Assembly: GCF_009914755.1 (NCBI RefSeq)
Contig: NC_060941.1
Direction: 5' to 3' (one strand)
DNA length: 64,000 nt
Source: the human T2T-CHM13v2.0 reference genome, Homo sapiens
The notes under the pieces were generated by a model that was not told the DNA's origin, did not search any database, and worked only from the letters and a program-made list of their open reading frames with translations. The position numbers and the translations under genes were made by a program. How positions within the stretch are numbered: the first letter of the stretch is position 1; the number at the start of each line of letters is the position of its first letter. Below, in pieces: positions 44,066-62,738 of the stretch.

Positions 44066-44167
44066 GCACTTGAGAGTTGCTTAAAAGGACCTGACACTTA
44101 CAACAGTCAAGTTCTGATAGAAGCTACAGTAATAGCACTAACCAAATTACAGCCACTTCTTAATAAG
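44066..44167 (+). CDS. NF1: Neurofibromin legacy exon 37 (102 nt)
   Basis: cctaaaag|G...AAG|gtaatt; [15 protein letters not shown]...PLLNK. Confidence 0.96.
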
Positions 44168-45866
44168 GTAATTACTGTATAGAAAATGAGTGCATTCATT
44201 TTGGGTATCAGTGTTGAATGTTACTTTCTTTCAAAGAGTTTAGAAAATAAGATGAATTGAGAATAAGTTATAAAGAAAAAACTATAGTTAAAGTAGAACC
44301 TCTTAAAGTTTAGTTGTTTGAAGTAGTCATATTAGAAGAAGAGTAAGTATGGATAGTATGTTCTCAAGCGCTTGTAAGTTTTTGGTCTCATCAGTGCTAA
44401 AGGAAAGATAGGTATATATTCTTAATTATTTTATCTTATAACTATTAATTATCTGCTATTGCCAAGTACTGTTTTAGGCGCTAGAGATAGAGTACTAACA
44501 AAGCCCATAAAACTCACTGCCTTCATGGAGCTTACTTTCTGGGGTGGGTGTGGAGGTTGGGGAGTGAATGGATAATGAAGTAAACAAAATACGTAGTATG
44601 TTAGTGATTATTACTATGGAGAAATTAAAGCTGGGAGAAGTATACTTGATCGTCATAAGAGTTTGGGTGCCAAATGAAGATTATATTTAAAAGGAGTAAA
44701 ATGAAGTGGCCACTGTTTTAGGATGGTCTGACCTTATCCCATTTTTATATTTAAGATATCTGGAAATCATGTTTTTGTATTAATAAAATGAAAAAGATTC
44801 GATAATGGCATGGTATTACCATCCAGTTCTAAAGTGGTTTAATTCTGTGATTTGAGTACAAAGGTATGCCAGACTTGGGAGAGATAACAGAGAAATAATA
44901 CCTGTTATATTCCTGGTTTGTCTACAAGCATCCTAATTTTGTATTATACAAAATGGTTCTCTGGTCCCCATCTTCTAAGTGAAAATGAGCTCAGAAGGGC
45001 TAAATAACTTGCCCAAAGTCACATACCTAATAAAAGAACCATGATTCTAATGTGATACTATTTGACTCTAAAGTCCATGTATTTTCCCTAATATCACAGT
45101 GCTAAGTAAAGATTGCCAGTAATAAATACTTTTAATTCAGAGCAGCAAGAGATTACCATACTGGTTAAGAGTGACAAGAAGTTGAAAAGACAGTTTAAAA
45201 TAAAGTTAAAGGGAAACATAGGAGTTAATGTAGGTAGAGAGAAAGGGAGAGAGCTGCACAAGAATGCCAGGACAATGGAGGGAAGGTGGGTAGAACATTC
45301 TAGTTGTAATGGAGAAGCTTTTCAAAGGAATCGAGAGAGGGAAAGTTGTGAGGACTGGATAGACCTCATCTCACATTCAGCATTGTTCAAAAGAGTTTGG
45401 AAATGTACAGTTTTTAAGCAGACAAGTCATACGATGAAAGCAGGACTTAGCTCCTGGTGGTAGTGTGCACAGTGGATTGGAGTAGGGAGAAACTGAAGTA
45501 AAAAGAATCCACCTTTATAATAAAGAAGGTTGGCATGTGGTAATGTCATTAGCAATAAGAAAGAAATGACAAAAGATACAAAAGAGACTACTCTAGAAGA
45601 ATCAACAAACCTTGGTGACTGGATTTAGAAATCAAAGAACAGGGAGAAGTCAAAGGAGGTGCTAAGTAACGTTCTCAGTCCAGCTAACAGTGTCTTTAGT
45701 TATACATATGGAAAAGTGAAGAGCTTACTCATATCTTTATCTTCCCCAAAAGAGAAAACATGGGTAATTTAGGAAGATAAGCTGCTTTATTTTTAACTGC
45801 AGTGTGTTTTGAAAGAGACTATGTCATGATTCATCTTACTAGCCTCAAACATATCTTCTTTGCCAG

Positions 45867-46007
45867 GACTCGCCTCTGCACAAAGCCCTCTTTTGGGTAG
45901 CTGTGGCTGTGCTGCAGCTTGATGAGGTCAACTTGTATTCAGCAGGTACCGCACTTCTTGAACAAAACCTGCATACTTTAGATAGTCTCCGTATATTCAA
46001 TGACAAG
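45867..46007 (+). CDS. NF1: Neurofibromin legacy exon 38 (141 nt)
   Basis: tgccag|G...AAG|gtaagc; [13 protein letters not shown]...IFNDK. Confidence 0.97.
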
Positions 46008-46604
46008 GTAAGCAAACTTTGCCTTGAGGTTCCTAGATTACTCAAATTTAGTACTCTTCCATCTTTTCTTGTTGCTATTCTTTTAAAATCACAAGAAGTC
46101 CATAACTTAAGTAGGAATTTGTATAATGTAACTTATTGTGAGTATATTTCCTTACCAGCTCATAAAGAACTATGTAAACTTGAATGCATATTTTTTACAT
46201 AAAAATAGCAAAAAAAAAAAAACAAAAAAAAAACAGTACTGGCCTAATACTAGTAGAATTACAGAATAAGGATAAATAATACATGATCATCCTTACAGAA
46301 TGAGCATAAACAATACATGGTAATAATATTAATAGCTACCATGCCAGGCCGTATGCTAAACACTATACATTTATTTTTAATTTTCATAACCTTAAGGTAA
46401 AGGTTAGCATTCTCTGCCCCCCATTTCACACGTGAAGAAATAATCTAAAAGTAATCTTAGTTTTACTTAATAATGCCACTTAATGAAAAATACGTATAAT
46501 TCATAGTAGATAAGGAAGTTGGAGAGTCTAAAGGAAACTTTTGGGTACTTAATTTTACTAGTTTTTTTATTCTGTCTAATCTTACTTTAAAATATACCAT
46601 TAGT

Positions 46605-47108
<504 letters not shown>

Positions 47109-47687
47109 GAACATGGGCAAATTACTTCTTAGTTCCTTTCTAATTTGTAAAATGGAGATCTGATTGGGGTTGGATTTTAGTTCATAGAGAATAGAGGAGA
47201 GAATAAAATAGTATGAAATTACGTCCCTTTTGTCTTTGGATAAAAATGGGAAGGGTCTAGGAGAAAAGAGGGGAATGTTTTTAAAAGAATGTGTATATAC
47301 AGTGAGATTTGCTTGAAGTGAAATTAACTGAACTGTGGGTACAAAGAACAGGATTATGGTTTTAAGTGTAAAAAGATACTTGGTCTAAACATTATTAGTT
47401 CAGTCTACCAGATGTAGTGTGAACCTGGAACAGATATGGGTCTGAAAAATATAGAAGCAAAATTTTAGAGGTAAGAGGTCTTATGGAGTTTATTAATCAG
47501 ACCTCCATTTTGCAAATTAGAAAGGAACTAAGAAGTTAAGTAACTTGCCCATGCTTGTACATCTGTTTTGGGACTAGAACCCCTCTGTCCTAATTCTCAT
47601 TGCCGTTTTTCTAAAACTGTTTTGGGACAGTGGTGGTCAGCGATATCTAGTTGTTGGCTATTTATATGTTAAGAATATTTGCAAATT

Positions 47688-47964
47688 GGCCGGGTGCAAT
47701 GGCGCATGTTTGTAATTCCAGCACTCTGGGAGGCCGAGTTGGGAGGATCACTTGAGGTTAGGAGTTCGAGACCAGCCTGGCCAACATGGTGACACCCTGT
47801 CTCTACTAAAAATACAAAAATTAGCCAGGGTGGCACATGTTTGTAACTCCAGCGACCTGGGAGGCTGAGGTGGGAAGATCTCTTGAACCCAGGAGGTTGC
47901 AGTGAGCCAAGGTGGTGCCACTGCACTCCAGCCTGGGCGACAGAGTAAGACTCCATCTCAAAAA
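47688..47964 (+). mobile_element. Alu
   Basis: TSD aagaatatttgcaaat at 47671-47686 and 47965-47980. Confidence 0.95.
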
Positions 47965-48380
47965 AAGAATATTTGCAAATGGAGCATTGCAAATGGGGCA
48001 TCTGCCTCGGTATTTTCATCTTCAAAACAGCCCAGTAGCGGGAGCTAATATTGATTCTAGTGCCCTTTGGATGCTAGGCATCAGAGTTAATAAGCATGTT
48101 AAAAGTCACCGGGATGTAAATTGACAGTCATTTATTTTGTATTGTAAATAAAAGTGATTTCATCTTCCACCATCTTCTTATTTATATGCTTGACTGTCTT
48201 GCACCAGTTAATTTGTAGTAGCTAAAATGTTCTGTGGTTTTCTGCAGTCAACTGAAAATAATTTCTCTCAAATTGAAAGGATTACTTATCTTGTCATACT
48301 ATTGAACACAAAATTAAGTGAGCCTTTAAAGAAAGCTACTGTGTGAACCTCATCAACCATCTCATGATTATCTTTAATAG

Positions 48381-48507
48381 AGTCCAGAGGAAGTATTTAT
48401 GGCAATCCGGAATCCTCTGGAGTGGCACTGCAAGCAAATGGATCATTTTGTTGGACTCAATTTCAACTCTAACTTTAACTTTGCATTGGTTGGACACCTT
48501 TTAAAAG
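48381..48507 (+). CDS. NF1: Neurofibromin legacy exon 39 (127 nt)
   Basis: taatag|A...AAG|gtaaaa; [15 protein letters not shown]...GHLLK. Confidence 0.97.
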
Positions 48508-48618
48508 GTAAAAAAGCCTTATTTAGAATATTTTTATGAAGTAGTATTAAGAAACCAGAAGTAATTTGAATAAGTGATTACTTGAAATAAATTGAAGTAA
48601 GTTAGCCCTTATGTCTTA

Positions 48619-48930
<312 letters not shown>

Positions 48931-49041
48931 TAAATGCAAACTATATCTGTCTTAATGAGTTGTGTTTTATTCAATATGTGTTTTAAGAGAGCTTCATTTC
49001 CAATTCAAATATCAAATTTGCCTGAAAAACAAAAGAGTTTA

Positions 49042-49346
<305 letters not shown>

Positions 49347-50134
49347 GTGTTGATTCTTACAAAAACCTACATACTGAGTCTGATAATAGCTATATTAATA
49401 GTAACAATACCTAAGTATCTTACTGATTTTCAAAATGAAACAGACTGCAAATCACTAAGTGTTATTTGAATAATTTATATTAGAAAATGTTAAGAGATTT
49501 GATCACAGATTTTCTTCAACTTGTTTATAGTTTATTGTTGATTAATACTATTATTTTATACCATTGTACATCACCTTTCTGGCACCCTATTCTCACCCCT
49601 TTCTATATTGCTTATAGCCAGTGATCTCCAGCTATTCCTCAGAGCCCGCTCATTCACTTCCTAACCTGGTTTTACTCCCCATTGCTGACTTCACAGCTTG
49701 TTAACTTTGGTTCATTAACATGGGGCAGTCATGGCCAGAGACTGCAGTTAATAAGAACAGCATGTAGTGGTGGGTCAGAAGCAAAGCAGGATAAAGTAAG
49801 ACCTGGGATAAGGAGCTGGCATGAACCCCAGTGGTCTCAGAAGTGGATTTGGCCACAATAGAGATTCAAGCTATAGCTTGAGTCAACAATTTTGTATTAA
49901 TTTAAATCATAGGCTTGAGGGACCATGGAGATTCTCCCAGTTTTTATGAGAGAGAGAGAGATATGCATACACCCACTATTGTGAATGTATGCATTTGATT
50001 TCACTTTCTTATGAAATTTCTACAAAAAATATTGACAGTGTTAATCTCTAAGGTCAATGGGGATTTCTCAAAAAATACTACCTTACTAAAGGATACCAAG
50101 ATAAGTAATTGTAACTGGGCTAATAAAGTGCTTA

Positions 50135-50516
<382 letters not shown>

Positions 50517-50608
50517 GACCAGATACTTTCCATGTTCAAATCACCTATTTTTAAATGGGGGAAGGATTAATGATTAAAAGCTGGCCAAAGATCAAATTTA
50601 TCCTCTAA

Positions 50609-54102
<3,494 letters not shown>

Positions 54103-54456
54103 AAAAATGTTTTTGTAAAAGAACCCTATTTTCAAATGAAATCTTAAGGAGAATTATAATACATAGATTTTTTTTTTTAATCTCTGTGCTGCTTTAGGGA
54201 ATAGAAGATCTGAAAGACTATCATGTTTTGTAATTTTCCTCTTCCTGGAGTACTGTAGAGTTCTAGGGAATATTATATTCTACACATTTTTGGTACTTAA
54301 TCTTATACATAATTAATTATTCACATTCACATATGCATGTTTTACCTTCCCAAATGGCTATTCTTGGAAAGTAGGAGTTATATTTCCTTTCCTTGCAGAG
54401 TTGTTAGTCAGGGAAGAAGACCTCAGCAGATGCTTGTTCAAAAAATTAATTCTTAC

Positions 54457-54484
54457 TTGTTTGTTTGTTTGTTTGTTTGTTTTT
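54457..54484. repeat. (GTTT)n tract serving as the pyrimidine tract of exon 40
   Basis: Read directly. Confidence 0.85.
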
Positions 54485-54489
54485 TGTAG

Positions 54490-54621
54490 GGTACAGGCAT
54501 CCTTCACCTGCTATTGTTGCAAGAACAGTCAGAATTTTACATACACTACTAACTCTGGTTAACAAACACAGAAATTGTGACAAATTTGAAGTGAATACAC
54601 AGAGCGTGGCCTACTTAGCAG
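54490..54621 (+). CDS. NF1: Neurofibromin legacy exon 40 (132 nt)
   Basis: ttgtag|G...CAG|gtaaaa; YRHPSPAIVARTV...VAYLA. Confidence 0.97.
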
Positions 54622-55552
54622 GTAAAAACACAAAATAAACAAAATTAATCTTGCTACATCTATATATAAGGATCACCCAAAAAGTACAAATACCTATAGG
54701 TTTTTTGGCGGTTGCGTGGCAGAGCAGAAAGTTCACAGTCTAGTCCTTTAGTGGTGGTTACAATTTTGAGAGTTTTGCCAGAACATTTTTCTGTAGGAAA
54801 AAATTTAATTCCCATTAAAATCTGAAATGTGTTCCCTTGGTCATCTTTGGTTCAAGACACTACAGTGGCTCTCTGTTATCTGTCATAAAATCTGAATGCT
54901 TCAGTCTAGCACCCTGGGTCCTTAAATAGCCCTCTCAGTTCTGTTATCTTTCTCTAAATTTCATGAGCCTCATTTTTTATTACCACTCCAAATGGATGAG
55001 CTATTTTAAGCTAATCTACTTGCCATCTCCTACAAGCAACTGCCTCTTCAATATTCATTCCTTATGTCATTTTATCTGGAGTATCTGCCCTATCCCCACC
55101 ATTCCATTAAAGCTTCCTATTTGCTCTTATCTGATTTTTGTTTCTCTACTCAGCAACACTTAGCACTTATGTACAATACAATTCTTGAACATAGTTGTTT
55201 GATAGAAAGTGCTGATTCTCAGTTTCACAGACTTGTATTTGTTCAACTTTTTTGTTTGAACCGTATCATCTTGAGCAAATCATTTAACATCTCAGTATTT
55301 TTTCTCATTCAGCTTAATAATACCTGCCCTGCCTACTTTGTGTTTGTTAAAGATCAAATGTATATTAAAGAACTTGGAAAATAAAAGATGCTTATTAAAT
55401 CTCTCTGTATATTTCACATTTATGTAGTCTTCCAAAATATGTGCACATTTAACAGGTACTATGCTCTTTAGGAGACTGTAAGAAGTTCATCCTGTTTTAA
55501 GTCACACTTGTGATTTGTTAAATTTTTTAACCTGCCACCGTTTTCCTTTTAG

Positions 55553-55688
55553 CTTTACTTACAGTGTCTGAAGAAGTTCGAAGTCGCTGCAGCCTAAAAC
55601 ATAGAAAGTCACTTCTTCTTACTGATATTTCAATGGAAAATGTTCCTATGGATACATATCCCATTCATCATGGTGACCCTTCCTATAG
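55553..55688 (+). CDS. NF1: Neurofibromin legacy exon 41 (136 nt)
   Basis: ttttag|C...TAG|gtaagt; LLTVSEEVRSRCSLKHRK...GDPSYR. Confidence 0.97.
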
Positions 55689-56767
55689 GTAAGTGGATTT
55701 ACTCTCCTATAATTACATAATCATAATCAAGTTTCAATTTTCCAACTAATGGAGGCAAGCAGCAGAGTAATCTAGAAGGTAACATGGGAGAAATCTAGAG
55801 ATGGCCTAGGAAGAGTAAGTGAAACTCATTTTATAAATGTGTGGTATTTTATGTGGGTTAGTAGGAAAGTTATTCTTCCAGTCTGATTGTGCTAATGTTA
55901 ACATTAGTTTGCCTCTGAAGCACAGACCAAATGAACAATGAAAAGAGATGCTCTTGAAAATATTAGGTTGCAGGGGAAGGGCCTGGGGAAAAAAACTAAC
56001 GCGAAATATAAACAACACATTACGTGCTTGGATAGAGAACGAATCTATACAGATTTGTAAAAATACAGGCATGCTAACACATTTGTTGTATTTACTCATA
56101 TCACACAAGTTATTTAAAAGTTTTCTATAATGTAGACATAGATGGTAAAAATTATATCTGCTATACATGGGTTTGGGTAGTATATTTTTCAGTATAATTT
56201 AGAGAAATTTCATGAAAATGGCATCATTGGGGGATTTTTCTGTATTTTCAATTAAATAAAAATATCTTTAAGGTTTAGGGACAGTGTTGAACACAGAAAA
56301 GTTATCTTCTGTTCGCAAAACTCGTATCATTCCATTTATCAACATCCTGCTTTTTGATAAAAAGACTTCAACAATTTCCTTAAGATTCTAACAATGTACG
56401 CAAAAATTTTTCAAACATGGTATTCAATAGTCTTACTTTCGTCAGTCCCATTATTATATTACTTTGAGATATGCCCTTTTTGTTATAGAAAGGGTAAAAT
56501 AGTTTGCCTGTGTTCCCCTGTCAAAGTATAAATTAATATCTGATTTTCTTGGTTTTTAAACAATTGCCTATTTAGACTTAATTTTTTCTGATTTAAAAAA
56601 ATCAGTGCAATAAGTTCAAGGTCTTTTATCAACATAACTACAGTTAATGTATTTTATACTTGAAAATAGCTACGAGTAGATTTTAAGTATTCTCACCACA
56701 AAAGATAAATATATGAGGTAACACATATGTTAATTTGCTTGATTTAGCCATTCTACAATGTAAACAT

Positions 56768-57088
<321 letters not shown>

Positions 57089-57120
57089 TAAACATATTTT
57101 AAAACATCATGTTGTACACC

Positions 57121-57347
57121 AAGCTTGCTCAACCCATGGCCTGCAGGCCGCACGCAGCCCAGGATGGCTTTGAATGCAGCCCAACACAAATTTGTAAACT
57201 TTCTTAAAACATTAAGTGATTTTTTGGGGTTTTTTTTTTTTTTTAAGCTCATCAACTGTAGTTAGTGTTAGTGTATTTTATATGTGGCCCAGTATATTCT
57301 TCTAATTCCAGTGTGGCCCAGGAAAGCTAAGAGATTGGACACCCCTG
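57121..57347. mobile_element. MER30 hAT DNA transposon
   Basis: ggccgca.gcagcccaggatggctttgaatgcagcccaacacaaatttgtaaactttcttaaaacatta...gattggacacccctg. Confidence 0.8.
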
Positions 57348-57625
57348 TTGCTATACCTTTTTATTTGTCAGCTTTTAAAAATTGCAGTACAGATCTTTTT
57401 GTTCAGCATTTGGTGAGTACCTACTATGTGCAAGATACTATGGCAAGAAAGTTGATAATTCCTAGGGATACACCAAGAGTTTGTATCCTAAAGCCCTTTA
57501 AAGTGCAATTTTAAAATTAATTGATTGCTGTTGTTAGGAAATAGGACAGCCACTTGGAAGGAGCAAACGATGGTTGTATTTGTCACCATATTAATTAATT
57601 TTTCTCTATTGTTTTCATCTTTCAG

Positions 57626-57783
57626 GACACTAAAGGAGACTCAGCCATGGTCCTCTCCCAAAGGTTCTGAAGGATACCTTGCAGCCACCTATCCAACTGT
57701 CGGCCAGACCAGTCCCCGAGCCAGGAAATCCATGAGCCTGGACATGGGGCAACCTTCTCAGGCCAACACTAAGAAGTTGCTTG
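57626..57783 (+). CDS. NF1: Neurofibromin legacy exon 42 (158 nt)
   Basis: tttcag|G...TTG|gttagt; TLKETQPWSSPK...TKKLL. Confidence 0.97.
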
Positions 57784-58273
57784 GTTAGTTTATCTAAATT
57801 ATGTAGATTTTTTTTATTATTTAAAAAAATAGATATTTTTACTCTTGGAAAATTATTTGAAATTTCAGGATTATCAAAATTTTCCATGTCAGTGTAGCAA
57901 AGTTTTTGATGCCATTTAAAAGAGAGTTTGATAGATCAGTTAAGCATTATAAGTTGAGATAGAGAAATGAGAATGGGACCTTGAAACAGTTTTTTCTGAA
58001 TCTTATACTAAATATTGTGACTCTCCTTATTTTGTTTTGCCTTTGCTGGCCAGCAGGGAATGGGACTCTGAGACATATTAGATAAATACCTATAAGAAAG
58101 GAAGAGTCTTGCTGCACTCAGGGGATTTAATGATATACTGTAATACTTCCCAAAATTATCATCTGAGAGAATATATGAATATGGTATGAAGCTGTAATAG
58201 TACTATTTGCCGTGCTTTCTTTGAAAAGACAAAAAGACATGCTTCTCAATTACCGAAAGAAAATAGGATTCTT

Positions 58274-58626
<353 letters not shown>

Positions 58627-58718
58627 TAGAATTTTTGTCTCTGAGAAGTACACCTGAAATGCTGCGAGACTCATTTCCATTTTAGTAACTGAAAGTAAAT
58701 GAATGAAAAAACCCACTA

Positions 58719-59008
58719 GGCCAGGTGCAGTGGCTCACGCCCATAATCCCAGCACTTTGAGGGACTCAGGTGGGAGGATTGCTCGAGTCCAGGAGTTCAA
58801 GACCAGCCTGGGCAACATGACAAAACCCATCTCTACAAAAAATACAAAACTTAGCTGGGCATGGTGACGAGCACCTGTAGTCCCAGCTACTTGGGAAGAT
58901 CACTTGAGCCCAGGAGGTGGGGGTAGCAGTAAGCCAAGATTGCACCACTGCACTCCAGCCTGGGTGACAGAGTGGGACCCCGACTCCAAACAAACAAACA
59001 AACAAAAA
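58719..59008 (+). mobile_element. AluJ with (AAAC)n tail
   Basis: Dimer with small deletions. Confidence 0.92.
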
Positions 59009-60088
59009 CACTGATCTTACATCGCTCCTCAGAGGAAATGCAGAGATGTTCTTGCATTCCATTGGGTAAAATTGTAATTGTTACTGGAATACATTAGGAT
59101 CTGTATTTCAGTAGCCAGCACTGAATGGTTCAACAGATTTCAGTTATCCATGCAAACATATTTAAGTATCTTTAGGTATTGGAAAAATGTTTGTGTTCAT
59201 AAGGAAATTAGTGAACAAACAACAAATTGTAACATAAATAACGTGCCAGTAAACCGTGAAAGAAATAGAAACCATGAATGTGTCAATCACAGTTACTAGC
59301 CACATAGGTGTGTTACTGTTGTTTGAGTTCCCTTCTGTTAGTACCTTGCCATAAATAATCATTTAGGAGTTTCCTGGTTACTTTGTGTTTTGTAATTCTG
59401 GATTTTCATGCCAATGAAGTTGTAAATGAAAAACTAACCTCAGAAAAAAATATATTGAATTCATTCAACCCATGTACTAAGTGAAAAAGATAAGGTAACT
59501 GCCCTGGAAGACTTTGTAATTTGTGTCCAAGACTTATAATCAGCCAATCACAACAGCAACTCCAGGTGCCATTAAAATGATATGTCTTGATGGAGGAAGC
59601 TGGAGATCTGGGGAAATTAGAAGAAAAAAAACTGCAGAGAGGAGATAACATTTGGGCTGTGTCATAAAGATTTAATATATGCTTGCAAAATAGCAGGATA
59701 AGTAGGGGCATATGTTTAAGAGCAGTGGGGAATAGCAAGAATAAAGAAAAGGCAGGAAAGCAACTGATGATACATCATGGCATCATGGGGAATGGGGTAG
59801 GAAATGAGATGAGAAGAAGGACTAGAACTCGATTGGAAACGACTGTATGCCATGGTAAGATATTTACCCTTATCACACATTCAGCTGAGGTATTTAAGTA
59901 GGAGAAGAACATGACCAAATTTTAATTTTTGCCAAGTTTTTCTAGCAGCAATGTGGAGAGACAGGAAGAGATTTTTAGCAAGGGAACCATTTAATAAAAT
60001 TGATATAGCAGTCCAAGCAAAAAAAATGGTGTGGGCCCCGCACTAATGCAGGAGCAATGGGAGAATGGAGAAGAACCAGCAGGTTTGG

Positions 60089-60204
60089 AGCTGGGCATAA
60101 TGGTACACACCTCTAGTCCCAGGAACTCAGGAGGCCAAGGCAGGAGGATTGTTTGAGGCTGACCTGGGCAGCATAGTCAGACCCTGTCTCAAAAAAAACA
60201 AAAA
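60089..60204 (+). mobile_element. FLAM-like monomer
   Basis: Degenerate Alu monomer. Confidence 0.7.
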
Positions 60205-60896
60205 TCAGGTTTGGAATAGGTTTCTGAAGTACAATGGACATGACTTAGTGACCAATTGTTGCAGGTGGGGAAGGGGAGAAGACTGTGAAGGATGTCAGAA
60301 GCTTTTAGTTTTAAAAACTGTCTAGATAGTGATACCATTCATAGAGATCAGGACTAATACGTTCACAGTACATGATAAATTTAGGTTGATTACATTTGAT
60401 ATATTTTCAAGACATCTATGAGTATATATCTAAGAGATAAACCACAAGATGTACCTGGAATTCGGGAAGAAAGTAAACAAGTAAACATTTAGAATTGATT
60501 AGCTCACAGATAGTTGAAGCTATGGAAGCAGAATGAGATCTTCCAGGAAGAATGCAGAGAATAAAATAAAAAGGACAAGTGAGAAAGGAAGGAAAACTAA
60601 ATGTAGAAAGTAGTGTCCCAATCTCATGTACTTTGGAAAGCACTGACTGGTTTTAGAAAACCTGAGTTTTCCATCTGGTCATTGTCTAGATCCCTAGCCA
60701 TGCTACCTCAGACTAATTACTTAACTGCTCATGGCTTCATCAGTGTACATGTGCATGAAACGAAGAAGCCGGACTAGATCCCTTTGGACTGTTAAATTAT
60801 TTGGCCTTGGTATTTATGACTATTATGAATAGTTATTCATATTCTTGAGGTAATAGACTTTGTATTTCTCAAGTGTTAAATTGTCAGATTTTATTA

Positions 60897-61228
<332 letters not shown>

Positions 61229-61828
61229 TAGTGTTAATACATGATTACATGATTAGAGAAACTAAAAGCCAAATGGGAGATAATGCTACTTGCTATTTTT
61301 GAAGCATCTCCCAGTGTATCTGGTTTTTAGTATTTTCAGGCATGCATATCTTTTTTTCAAAGCTTAAAAAATTAAAATCAAACTCTGCTTTCTTCCTAAG
61401 CTTGGAAATTACTCATGTATTAATGAGTAGTTCTTGGCACCAGCAGCGTTTCTTAAACTGAAAAGACTGGTCAGACATAGTTGACCTTTGCTACTGAATA
61501 ATGCCTACCATTGCATTTATTATCAGTTATCATATTTGTTGATTTACCTCCAGTGTAGTTTGGTTTACCTCCAGTGTACAGAATACAATCTCAGTTTAAT
61601 TTGCACCAGTAAGGTGCAACCTATCCTGAAACAGAAAGCTATGGGAACAAAACCCTTTGAGAAGATGGAAAATAAAGGAAAGAAACTGCTCCAGGGATGT
61701 ATTAGAGCTTTCTTTGAGTCCTCAGTGAAAGCTTAAACACTTTATGTCCAAACATTTTCTTTTTAGTGTATTCCCATTTATAGACACTGTAGTTAATGAA
61801 CTTGCATATTCTTAACTTTTGTTTATAG

Positions 61829-61951
61829 GAACAAGGAAAAGTTTTGATCACTTGATATCAGACACAAAGGCTCCTAAAAGGCAAGAAATGGAATCAGGGA
61901 TCACAACACCCCCCAAAATGAGGAGAGTAGCAGAAACTGATTATGAAATGG
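61829..61951 (+). CDS. NF1: Neurofibromin legacy exon 43 (123 nt, in-frame cassette; bipartite NLS)
   Basis: ttatag|G...TGG|gtgaga; TRKSFDHLISDTKAPKRQEMESGITTPPKMRRVAETDYEM. Confidence 0.97.
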
Positions 61952-62328
61952 GTGAGAAACAAAGTATTGATCTAGATCATTGAAAATAAGGTGGGAGAGT
62001 ACATGAAAGTCATGTTTATTTTCCAGCCATTTCTTAGAATCTTTAGAGTGAAATATAGAAACGTTTGCCATTTCTCAAAAGATAAACTCTACCATTCAAG
62101 ACAGTTATCTTGAAGCTTGTGTAAAAATTAATCATATATATTATATACAGCATTGTAAATAGGTAGCCAAAACTTTTGTGTAGGCGAATAGTAATTCTCT
62201 ATGATGTTTATGTTAGTATTTTAAGTATCTACTAAAGAAAGCTGTTGAATTTTAGAAGTAACATTGAAATAGTTAGGTGAAGTGATTATCCAGGTGTTTG
62301 ATCACGTTAATTCCCTATCTTGCTGCAG

Positions 62329-62459
62329 AAACTCAGAGGATTTCCTCATCACAACAGCACCCACATTTACGTAAAGTTTCAGTGTCTGAATCAAATGTTC
62401 TCTTGGATGAAGAAGTACTTACTGATCCGAAGATCCAGGCGCTGCTTCTTACTGTTCTA
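62329..62459 (+). CDS. NF1: Neurofibromin legacy exon 44 (131 nt)
   Basis: ctgcag|A...CTA|gtaagg; TQRISSSQQHPHLRK...LLTVL. Confidence 0.97.
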
Positions 62460-62637
62460 GTAAGGATTTCCCCTTTTTGAGTCCCCCACCCTCAAATTTT
62501 TATTCCAGTCTACTTTTAGGAGGCCCTTAAATATTAAAAACATGAATAGGATACAGTCTTCTACTTCTCACCCAAACAGATAACAATTCAGCCACAAAGT
62601 AAAAATGTTGTGTGTTTACTTTTTTGCATCTTGGCAG

Positions 62638-62738
62638 GCTACACTGGTAAAATATACCACAGATGAGTTTGATCAACGAATTCTTTATGAATACTTAGCA
62701 GAGGCCAGTGTTGTGTTTCCCAAAGTCTTTCCTGTTGT
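62638..62738 (+). CDS. NF1: Neurofibromin legacy exon 45 (101 nt)
   Basis: tggcag|G...TGT|gtaagt; ATLVKYTTDEFDQRILYEY...FPVV. Confidence 0.97.
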
